From: Candidatus Krumholzibacteriota bacterium
GTDB lineage: Bacteria; Krumholzibacteriota; Krumholzibacteriia; JAJRXK01
NCBI GenBank assembly: GCA_963806035.1
Contig: CAWDWO010000035.1
Span: 1 to 64,000, forward strand
Reading direction: 5' to 3'
DNA length: 64,000 nucleotides
Part shown: one piece after another, positions 31,457 through 39,678 of the stretch
Layout of the letters: every line of letters starts with the position of its first letter
Numbering within the stretch: the first letter of the stretch is position 1
The notes under the pieces: model-generated
What the model was told of the DNA's origin: nothing
Databases searched by the model: none
The model's input: the letters and a program-made list of their open reading frames with translations, nothing else
Program-made: the position numbers and the translations under genes

Positions 31457-32293
31457 TTATTTTCCGGAAGAATCGATACCGGTCGCGGAGGGCGCGGGGC
31501 GGGGACGCCAGCGCACCCCAAAGAGCCAGGCCCAGTCCATGGGGCGGTTCTCCGCGGGGCCGCTGGAGGCGCTGGCCCCCAGTTTCAGGCCCAGATCCGC
31601 CACGGGAAACCAGCTCAGCTCCCCTTCGAACCAGAAGCTCTCGGGGGCCCCCGCCAGGTCGTAGCGGAGCGAGAACTCCCCTCCCCAGCGCGGTCCCAGC
31701 GCATGCCAGGCCGCCATCAGGGAGCTGGCCGAGGGCCAGGAGCTGTCGGGACGGTCCAGCTCGGGCTGGTTCTGTGGAGGGGGTGAGACCCGGCGCGCCG
31801 TCCAGCCCAGCCAGCCCCGTCCGCCGGCGAAGCGCCCGACTGAGCCGCGCAGCCTGAGCCCGATGGAGGAGGCGTCGCTGGCCACGGGAAAGAGATTTTC
31901 GTCGCCCAGGGGCAGAGTCCCGTCCACGTCGATCGCAAAGCCCAGCGCCCCTTCGCCGCCCAGATGGGTGGAGAGGGCGACCCAGGCCGGTCCGCCTCCG
32001 TACTCGGCCCGTTGCTCGCGCGCCACCCCGGCATAGCTCACCCCACCGCCGACGGCCACGCGCCCGGCCAATTTTCGCCAGCCCTGCAGGCGATACCACT
32101 CGACGCGGGATTGGTCGACCAGGGTGTAGACCCGCAGCTGCAGATCCATCGGGGTGGACTGCTCGGGAAAGTCGAGGTTGTCCAGGGGGACTGGCGGCAG
32201 AAGTTGCTGCCGCGGAGGGGCCGCTGTCGCCATCCGCGCCGACAGGGCCAAGAGGAGCAGAGGCAGAAACAGGACCCGCGGCACCAGCTTCAT
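31457..32293 (-). CDS. Hypothetical exported protein, possible outer-membrane beta-barrel
   Basis: Signal peptide from MKLVPR (32293); amphipathic strands ending WAWLFGVRW. Confidence 0.6.
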   Translation of the reverse strand: MKLVPRVLFLPLLLLALSARMATAAPPRQQLLPPVPLDNLDFPEQSTPMDLQLRVYTLVDQSRVEWYRLQGWRKLAGRVAVGGGVSYAGVAREQRAEYGGGPAWVALSTHLGGEGALGFAIDVDGTLPLGDENLFPVASDASSIGLRLRGSVGRFAGGRGWLGWTARRVSPPPQNQPELDRPDSSWPSASSLMAAWHALGPRWGGEFSLRYDLAGAPESFWFEGELSWFPVADLGLKLGASASSGPAENRPMDWAWLFGVRWRPRPAPSATGIDSSGK

Positions 32294-32336
32294 CCTGTGT
32301 CCCGGCGGAAAGGGGCGACCGTACAGCGCGAGGAGA

Positions 32337-32720
32337 TCAGCTCTCACCCATGATGAGTTGGATCTCGCCGTGCTCGCTGAAACGAATCCGGGCCGTGCGC
32401 CGGTTCCCGGGAAGATCCACGATCTGAAGCACCACACCATAGTCATTCCAACTGCGATGGTGGATGATATCGCCCACCGCATAGACGCGCGTGGAATCGT
32501 AGGGCACCGCCTTGCTGATGTCGATCTCCTCGAGGGGATCTTCGGTGGCGGTCTGTGAGTTCTCCTCCCCCGCCTCTTCCATGTGGGGAAGGATGCCCTT
32601 ACAACGCGGACACTTCAGCCAGATGACTCCGTCTTCGCTGGTATCGCTGACCACCGTCATCTCGAGGTGATCTTTGCAAACCGAACAGTACTGGCGCATA
32701 GCAGTGCCCTGCTGTGGCAT
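32337..32720 (-). CDS. Hypothetical protein: Zn-ribbon plus C-terminal SH3/CarD-like domain
   Basis: CSVC...CPRC; PYDSTRVYAVGDIIHHRSWNDYGVV. Confidence 0.7.
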   Translation of the reverse strand: MPQQGTAMRQYCSVCKDHLEMTVVSDTSEDGVIWLKCPRCKGILPHMEEAGEENSQTATEDPLEEIDISKAVPYDSTRVYAVGDIIHHRSWNDYGVVLQIVDLPGNRRTARIRFSEHGEIQLIMGES

Positions 32721-32749
32721 GGTGGATGATCTTTCCCGTGGGGTTTCGC

Positions 32750-32935
32750 TTACCTTCGGGACGCGACGACCTTGCAGCAGTCCTCTGCTTCTTCCTTCAG
32801 GTTGTAACGCATTCCGCAAACCAGGCAACGGTAGGAACCGTTCAACCGTCCCTCTCGTTCCGCTTTTTCGATGAGTTGATCGTAACGCACGAAATGCTTT
32901 TCCTTCACGAGGGACGAGTCTTCGGAATTGGTCAT
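32750..32935 (-). CDS. Small (61 aa) zinc-finger-like protein
   Basis: GGAGGA RBS; YRCLVCGMRY...AEDCC. Confidence 0.65.
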   Translation of the reverse strand: MTNSEDSSLVKEKHFVRYDQLIEKAEREGRLNGSYRCLVCGMRYNLKEEAEDCCKVVASRR

Positions 32936-33027
32936 TTTTCCTCCCTGAGACCAAATACCATCATTCACATCGACCACACCGTTACTCAGGAAGCTGCCCA
33001 TCTAAGAAGCTAATCAACGGTGGCGCG

Positions 33028-33056
33028 ATGATACGAATTGGAAGTGCGAGCGTCAA
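33028..33056 (-). promoter_or_regulatory. sigma70 promoter for the 32935-26551 gene run
   Basis: TTGACG-17 nt-TATCAT on the minus strand. Confidence 0.65.
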
Positions 33057-33080
33057 GCGAGTCGCAACTTCAAACGCGCA

Positions 33081-34220
33081 TCAAATCGAATCCAACGCCT
33101 TCTCCAAATCGTTTTGCAGATCCTCTACGTCCTCGATGCCCACACTGATACGCACCAGGCCATCGGTGATTCCCAACTCTTCGCGAATCTCCTTGGGCAC
33201 CGTACCGTGCGTCATCATCGCAGGGTGTGAAATCAGGCTCTCCACCCCACCGAGACTCTCGGCCAGAGTGAAGATTTGCACCGCCTTTACGACTTTCTGC
33301 GCCGCGGCGAAAGAACCCAGATCAAAGGAGATCATGCCTCCGAATCCGCGCATCTGCCGCTTGGCCAAGGCATGGCCGGGATGCGAGGCGAGTCCGGGAT
33401 AGTAAATTTTTTTCACTTCTTTTCGCTCCGCGAGCCAAGCCGCGATCTGGCGCGCGTTGGCATCGTGTTGCCGCATCCGCACCGCCAGAGTTTTCACGCC
33501 GCGTAGCGCGAGCCAACAGTCCCAGGGGCCAGGAACCGCGCCCGCCGCATTCTGCAGAAATTTCAAGCTCGCGAAGAGATCGTCGTCGTTGGTGAGTACG
33601 ATGCCGCCGACCATGTCGCTGTGTCCGTTGAGATACTTGGTGGTGGAGTGCACGCAGACGTCCGCGCCCAGGGCCAAGGGGTTTTGGAAATAGGGGCTCA
33701 TGAAAGTGTTGTCGACGACCAGCTTCGCGCCCTTGCCGTGGGCCAGCTCGGCACAGGCTTTGATGTCGCTGAGGGTCAACACGGGATTGGTCGGAGTCTC
33801 CACGAAAAGCAATTTCGTCTTTTCGCTGAGCGCCTTTTCCACCGCGGCGAGATCGCTGGTGTCTACGAAGTGAAAGCGCTGACCGAAGCGCCGCAGGACC
33901 ATCTCGAAGAGCCGGTAGGTTCCTCCGTAGACGTTGGAGGTACAGATGATTTCGTCGCCGCCGTTCAGGGTCTGTAGAATCGCGTGGATGGCGGCGGTCC
34001 CGCTGCCGAAGGCCACCCCGTGGCTCGCCCCCTCCAGAGCGGCGACGCAGCCTTCCAGGGCCTCGCGCGTGGGATTCTGCGTGCGCGCGTACTCGTAACC
34101 CCGATGCTCCCCGATTCCGTCCTGCGCGTAGGTGGAGGTCTGGAACACGGGAGTCATCACCGCTCCGGTGATCGGTTCCGGTTTTTGTCCCGCGTGAATC
34201 GCGTCGGTGGAGAGGCCCAT
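33081..34220 (-). CDS. Cystathionine gamma-lyase/synthase (Cys/Met metabolism PLP enzyme)
   Basis: YARTQNPTR, ETPTNP, VDNTF, HSTTKYLNGHSD, LAESLGGVESL; paired with CBS. Confidence 0.93.
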   Translation of the reverse strand: MGLSTDAIHAGQKPEPITGAVMTPVFQTSTYAQDGIGEHRGYEYARTQNPTREALEGCVAALEGASHGVAFGSGTAAIHAILQTLNGGDEIICTSNVYGGTYRLFEMVLRRFGQRFHFVDTSDLAAVEKALSEKTKLLFVETPTNPVLTLSDIKACAELAHGKGAKLVVDNTFMSPYFQNPLALGADVCVHSTTKYLNGHSDMVGGIVLTNDDDLFASLKFLQNAAGAVPGPWDCWLALRGVKTLAVRMRQHDANARQIAAWLAERKEVKKIYYPGLASHPGHALAKRQMRGFGGMISFDLGSFAAAQKVVKAVQIFTLAESLGGVESLISHPAMMTHGTVPKEIREELGITDGLVRISVGIEDVEDLQNDLEKALDSI

Positions 34221-34223
34221 GTT

Positions 34224-35621
34224 CTAGTGTCCTTCCTGCACGAAGTCGATGAGATCGTAACGGGTGATGATTCCCGCCACGTGACCGTGTTCTTCCACGA
34301 GCACAGCGGCGTCCTTCCCGCTGAGAGTCGCCAGGATTTCGCTCATGCGCCGCGCGCCCTCGACGCGCAGTAGAGGCGGCTCCTGCAACTTGCCCAGGCC
34401 CTGGTCCATGCACGAGGGGTCGTCCAGGACCGCGGCCATGAGCCGGCTGTCGGTCACGCGTCCCACGGGCTCGCCGTCTTTCATCACCGGCAATTGACTC
34501 ACTTCGTTCTGCCGCATGAGATTGATGGCCTCGCGCACGGTCGCGTTCGACTCCACGGTGAGAAGGGTCTTCAGCGGCTTCCCCCCGCGGTGCAGCACGT
34601 CGCTCGCCGTGGCCGAGGTCGGCGAGAGAAAGCGGTTCTCGCGCATCCAATCGTCGTTGAAGATCTTCGACACGTACTTCGCCCCCGAATCGGGCAAGAG
34701 CACCACCACGCTCTGATCGGGATTCATCTCGCGCGCCACGTCCAGGGCAATCGCCACCGCCGAGCCGCAGGAGCCTCCGGCGAAGATACCCTCCTCCTTC
34801 ACCAGGCGCCGCGTGATGAGGAAGGAGGTTTCATCGTTCACACTGCGCACTTCGTCCACCGCATCGCGGTAGAAAACGCTGGGAACGATGTCCTCGCCGA
34901 TGCCCTCGACTTTGTAGGGCTGGGCCTCGCCGGTCTCGCCCGTATCGAACCAGTACTTGAGAATGCTGCCCTCGGGATCGACGCCGATGATGCGTATCTG
35001 CGGGTTCTGTTCCTTGAGGTACCTTCCGGTGCCGCTGATCGTGCCACAGGTTCCCATTCCGGCCACGAACGCGGAGATCTTGCCCTCGGTCTGCGCCCAC
35101 AGCTCCGGCCCCGTGCTCTCATAGTGGGCGCGGGGATTCGCGTCGTTGAAATACTGGTTGGTCCATACGCAGTTGTCCGTGCTCTCGGCGATGCTGCGAG
35201 CGATCGAGTAATAGCTTTCGGGATGGTCGGGCGCCACGTTGCTCGGAGTTACGATGACTTCCGCTCCCATCGCGCGCAGCAGGCTGATCTTCTCGGTGCT
35301 CATCTTGTCGGGCATGGTGCAGATGAGGCGGTACCCGCGCACCGCGCAGGAGAGCGCCAGACCCATCCCGGTGTTGCCGCTGGTGCATTCGACGACCGTG
35401 CCGCCGGGACGCAGGAGTCCCTGCTCCTCCGCCGCGTTCAACATCGAGGCCCCGATGCGGTCCTTCACGCTCCCGCCGGGGTTGAGCATCTCCATCTTCG
35501 CGTACACCCGCGCGCCCTTGGGATCGGGCATCTTGCGCAGCCGCACCAGGGGGGTGTTCCCGATGGCCTCGGTGACGTCCTCGAAGACCGGGGGAATGAA
35601 AGCGTCCTTAGGAACATTCAT
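34224..35621 (-). CDS. Cystathionine beta-synthase with C-terminal CBS domains
   Basis: NPGGSVKDRI, TSGNTG, GMGTCGT, YKVEGIG, YVSKIFNDDWM, then a CBS pair. Confidence 0.92.
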   Translation of the reverse strand: MNVPKDAFIPPVFEDVTEAIGNTPLVRLRKMPDPKGARVYAKMEMLNPGGSVKDRIGASMLNAAEEQGLLRPGGTVVECTSGNTGMGLALSCAVRGYRLICTMPDKMSTEKISLLRAMGAEVIVTPSNVAPDHPESYYSIARSIAESTDNCVWTNQYFNDANPRAHYESTGPELWAQTEGKISAFVAGMGTCGTISGTGRYLKEQNPQIRIIGVDPEGSILKYWFDTGETGEAQPYKVEGIGEDIVPSVFYRDAVDEVRSVNDETSFLITRRLVKEEGIFAGGSCGSAVAIALDVAREMNPDQSVVVLLPDSGAKYVSKIFNDDWMRENRFLSPTSATASDVLHRGGKPLKTLLTVESNATVREAINLMRQNEVSQLPVMKDGEPVGRVTDSRLMAAVLDDPSCMDQGLGKLQEPPLLRVEGARRMSEILATLSGKDAAVLVEEHGHVAGIITRYDLIDFVQEGH

Positions 35622-35805
35622 GGGCTTGGGGCAGGCTGCCCACGCCTCCTTTCGAGCAGGGATCCGCGCCAGAGAATGGCCGATGGAATACTCTAGAGCC
35701 CAAGGCTAGGGCGAATGAATCCGCGGGAACCTACCATTAGAGACCCGCCTCCGTCAAGCCGGCCCGGCCCGATCTAGCACGCTAATTTGTTTGAACAAAA
35801 GAACT

Positions 35806-36633
35806 TCAGTCTTCGGCTGGCTTGGGCGAAGAACGCGCGAAGGCCAGCACCTCCCCCACCGTGCCGATGCCCTCCTGCTGGAGCTCCTTCAGCTCCCTCA
35901 GAAGGACCTGGGCCGTCGCGGTGGCGTCGGCGATGGCGCGATGCTGCCGCTTGAGAGGAACCTCCAACCGGCGCGCCACCGCGCCCAGACGGAACGCGCC
36001 CCATTCGGGATGCATCCTGCGCGAGAGCCGGACGGTGCAGAGTTGTGGCCAGGGATGAGGACGGTGCCCGGACTCTCTCACCTGGCGTCTCAGGAAGGGA
36101 TAGTCGAAGTCCACGTTGTGGGCGACGAACACGCTGCCCTTGAGAAGCTCCAGAATGCGCGGCGCGACCTGATGAAAACGGGGCGCGTCCTGTAGCATCG
36201 AATCCTTGATTCCGGTCAGGCCCTGGATCCAGTGCGGGACGGGCCGCAAGGGATTCACCAGGGTGTTGAAGCTGCGCCTCACACAGCCGTGATCGACGCG
36301 CACCACCGCCACCTCGATGATGCGGTCGACTCCCAAACGGCTGCCGGTGGCCTCGAGATCGACCACCGCGAAGGCCGCGTCCTGCAGACGAAGATGACGG
36401 TAGGGCGAAGAACTGAGCTCCCAGAGTCCCCGCGGAGATTCGCTGAAGCGCCGGTCGCGGGAAAGGAGGGTGCGCACGAAGAGCGGCGAGACCGACTCGT
36501 CGAGCTGCGGCTTGAACAGAACTTTGGCCAATTCCTCGCTGCCGACCGGGCGGTTGACCGTCATGAAGTACTCGTGCGCGCGGCTTCGGAGACTCTCCAG
36601 GTTCTCCTCGCGCAGTGGGGTATGAGTGTCCAC
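35806..36633 (-). CDS. DEDDh 3'-5' exonuclease (DNA polymerase III epsilon-like)
   Basis: VVDLEATG, VAHNVDFDY, HRAIADA. Confidence 0.88.
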   Translation of the reverse strand: MDTHTPLREENLESLRSRAHEYFMTVNRPVGSEELAKVLFKPQLDESVSPLFVRTLLSRDRRFSESPRGLWELSSSPYRHLRLQDAAFAVVDLEATGSRLGVDRIIEVAVVRVDHGCVRRSFNTLVNPLRPVPHWIQGLTGIKDSMLQDAPRFHQVAPRILELLKGSVFVAHNVDFDYPFLRRQVRESGHRPHPWPQLCTVRLSRRMHPEWGAFRLGAVARRLEVPLKRQHRAIADATATAQVLLRELKELQQEGIGTVGEVLAFARSSPKPAED

Positions 36634-36737
36634 CGAAGGCTCCGATGCAGTCCAAATGGGGCGAAATCTAGCTTGATTCTAGCACAAACTGGCCCGCAGG
36701 TGGTCTGTGGCATGACGGCTTGTCTTCGGTGGCGGTG

Positions 36738-37502
36738 CTAGCGGGAGCGCAGGAGCTTTTGGAGCTCCGGGGGAAGACCACTCGGCGTGGACTTTCGGCC
36801 GAAGGCCACGCACACCAGCTCCTCCTCGGTCAGAAGAGGCGGGGGGCTGTTCCTCTGGGGATTCGCCGCGGCGAGCGTGGTGTTCACTCTGCTGCGCAGG
36901 AGGCCGAAAATCGGGACGGCGGATGAGATCTGCGCGACGGCCCTCGCTTCGTTACGGTAGATCATGTCGCTGCGGCCCATCTTCACTTTCACTTCCCGCA
37001 CTTCCTCCAGTTTCACTCGCTCTCGTGGAATGGTCTCACCGTCGATGGTGGTATCCGGCAAAGCTTCCCGTGCCACGCTGGGGTTCTCGAAGAGATCCTC
37101 GAAATGGCGGCTCAGAAGGCGGTTGTTGCGCACGCGCTCGAGGTCTTCTTCCTCGACCGCAGCGGCGGGCAAGAGCTTGAACACGCGATGCAGTCCCTGC
37201 AGTAGATCCCCCTGACGCAAAGAGTCCAGGGGAGCGACGAGCAGAACGTAGGACTCCTCTTCGTTCAAGAATTTCAGTTTGATCCAGTGTTCGCCCTCTT
37301 CGGTGCGCGCGAGAACTTCGCAACGCAGTTGCTCCTTCGTCTGCTGGCCTTCGGAGGTCTCGGTGCGCGAAAACTCCGCCCACGAACCCGGGGTGAGATC
37401 GAACTCGAGCAGTCCGCGATGCCACCAGGAGAACACCTCCTGGGCTTCTGAGCTGGCTGGAGCAGCCAGGATGAAGAGAGCCAAGAAAAGCCAGCGCATC
37501 AT
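36738..37502 (-). CDS. Secreted hypothetical protein
   Basis: Signal peptide MRWLFLALFILAAPASSEA; co-oriented downstream of the selenoprotein. Confidence 0.7.
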   Translation of the reverse strand: MMRWLFLALFILAAPASSEAQEVFSWWHRGLLEFDLTPGSWAEFSRTETSEGQQTKEQLRCEVLARTEEGEHWIKLKFLNEEESYVLLVAPLDSLRQGDLLQGLHRVFKLLPAAAVEEEDLERVRNNRLLSRHFEDLFENPSVAREALPDTTIDGETIPRERVKLEEVREVKVKMGRSDMIYRNEARAVAQISSAVPIFGLLRSRVNTTLAAANPQRNSPPPLLTEEELVCVAFGRKSTPSGLPPELQKLLRSR

Positions 37503-37526
37503 CCTCGACCTTGCAGCTCATGCGAA

Positions 37527-37552
37527 CGCCCGGAGGGCAAAACCTCCGGGCG
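37527..37552. terminator. GC-rich hairpin after the multiheme gene
   Basis: CGCCCGGAGG-gcaaaa-CCTCCGGGCG, a 10-bp perfect stem with no strong U-tract. Confidence 0.45.
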
Positions 37553-37578
37553 CAGCATGGTGAACGAAGAGCGACTCC

Positions 37579-38937
37579 TCAGTGGGCGATCCGCGCCCAG
37601 TAGGTGTCGTAGTCGAAATCGGGATCGAACTCCGGAGTATGGCAATGGGTGCAGGACTTCTTGGCCTGCGCGGCCCACTCCCCATCGCGCGCGTGCATGG
37701 TCCCATAGCCGTGGCAGGCCTCGCACTGCACGTTGAAGAGCGTGTTCCGTCCATTGCTGGATACCGTGGGATCGAATCCGTTGTAATAGTCCCAGCCCGT
37801 CACGTGACAGCCCACGCAGTCCGGGTTGCTGGTCTGCCCCTTCGCCACCAGGGTCTGCCAGGCCTTGGCGTGCGCGGTCTCCTGGTACTTGGTGAAGATC
37901 TCCTTGTGACAGTTGCTGCAGCGCAGCGTGCCCAGATACTTCTCGTCCTTGAGACCCTTGTCGGGATGGGGTGTGACTTTCGAATTCTGAGACAGCTTCT
38001 CGTTGCCCTTGAGGAACTTGTCGACTTCGTCCTGGATTGCGTCGATCTGGGGCGCCTGCTTGCCCAGCTCGTGCAGGGTCAGGACCGCGTCCTGGATGAC
38101 TCCCTTGGGCGTGACCTGGAGGTCAAGCTGCCCCAGGTATTTGCCCTGCGGATTGGCGGACACCAGATAGACGTCCCCCACCCGATTCAGACGGCGGTAC
38201 TGGCGCAGGTCGGCGCCCTCGACGCAGATGTCGATGCCGGAACCGGTGCCCAGGTCGGTGAGCAATTCGCGCGTGTCACGAGTGGACGCACCGGAGAGCA
38301 AGACGATGAGGTCGCTCTTCTTGCGCAGCTCGGGGAGATACTTCTCCAGAGCGTCGCGCGGAGAGTCGATCACGAACTTGTCCACCTTGGCCGACATCGT
38401 GGTGATGACGTAGCTGGGCCCGATCACGGAGATGAGCCCGATGCGCAGCCCGCCCCTCTTCACCACCGCATAGGGATCGAAGAGGAGCTTTCCACTGTCC
38501 CCGCCCTTCAGATTGGCCGAGATGTAGTGGAAATTGTGTTTGGCGGCCTGCTGCTTCAAGAAGTCGAGACCGTAGTTCAGATCCCACTGTCCCACGGCCA
38601 GCACCGGATAATCCAGTTTGGCCACATGATCCAAGAGGAACTCGGTCTGCGCGCGGGCGGCGTCCGTACGCCGGCCGTACATGTTCCCCGCGTCGAGATG
38701 GAGCACGTTCTTGTGGTTTTTGGCGATGTCCTGAAATATGGCGGCCCTCCGGGCCAACCCACCGAGCGGCTTGTGTTTTCACCCACAGGGGGCGATTTCA
38801 CCATGGACCGCCCCTTCGAAAGTGATGGTCAGATCGACCAAATCCTCGGCCTGCGACGCGGGCAAGCGCGTCCACAGTCCGAGAGCCGCGGCGAGCGCAA
38901 CGAGAAGACTCGTTGCCCTCAGGGTGACTCGATGCAT
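37579..38937 (-). CDS. UshA-like (metallophosphoesterase-fold) selenoprotein fused to tetraheme cytochrome c; UGA 38781-38779 read as Sec53
   Basis: GGAGG RBS, ATG 38937 and signal peptide; HGEIAPCG-UGA-KHKPLGGLARR is in frame with ORF 37579..38757; LDAGN and AVGQWD; CSNCH, CVGCH, CEACH, CTHCH. Confidence 0.85.
38738..38781 (-). promoter_or_regulatory. Putative bacterial SECIS element
   Basis: Hairpin GGCCC-GGA-GGGCC with a G-initiated loop 28 nt after the in-frame UGA; can extend by GGUGG/GCCA pairing. Confidence 0.55.
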
Positions 38938-39189
38938 CTTCGACCTCCAAACGGATCGACAAAATGGCCCGGTTTTCAGGCAGGCGAAGGGTCATGATAC
39001 CAAGAGATGCGTGGGTGCCGCAATCCTGGCCTGAAATTGCCGCCGGGCGCTCCAAAGCAGTGTACGTCCAGCTTCAATGCGCAAGAACCGGCCCGGGTTC
39101 CCAAACGGACGAAGCCCCCACCGGCGGCGGGGGCTCCGTCAGGAATTGGACCTGGGGCAGAAAGGGCGGATCCAAGACCGCGTGGAGGA

Positions 39190-39489
39190 TTACTTCCTCT
39201 TGTTCACGTGGTCCTTCAGAGCACGACCCGCGCTGAAAGCGGGGACGCGGCTCGCGGGGATGGAGATGGTGTCACCCGTCTGCGGGTTGCGACCCATTCT
39301 CTTCTTCCGCTTGCGGCTCTCGAAGGTGCCAAAACCCGTGATCTGGACCTTACGGCCCCGAGTCAGCTCAGAGGCGATGATCCCCTTCTTGGGATCGGTA
39401 TCGAAGATCATGTCGATGATCGCCTTGGCCTGACGGCCGGAGAGATCGGACCTCGTCGCGAGTTTTGCGGTCAATTCGGTCTTGTTCAT
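39190..39489 (-). CDS. hup: HU family DNA-binding protein
   Basis: MNKTEL, VQITGFGTF, GRNPQTG, PAFSAG..LK; AAGGAGG RBS. Confidence 0.95.
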   Translation of the reverse strand: MNKTELTAKLATRSDLSGRQAKAIIDMIFDTDPKKGIIASELTRGRKVQITGFGTFESRKRKKRMGRNPQTGDTISIPASRVPAFSAGRALKDHVNKRK

Positions 39490-39678
39490 GGGACAGACCT
39501 CCTTTCTTGAGTTCCCAATAGACCCTATCCAGGCATCCTGTCAACGCAAAATGTCGAAAATGTGCTGATTTTCCGCGGCTCTCGAATCGGGCGAACGCTA
39601 CGAACCAGCGCGGCGAGATCCACCGCTCAGGCTAAGAGCTCGGGTCCGCCTTACGGGCCGCAGCCGACGGCGCGAGTT

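Noticed and set aside
39025..39041. TGGCCTGAAATTGC as a sigma54 promoter
   Set aside because: GG-to-GC spacing is one base short and it points away from the selenoprotein gene
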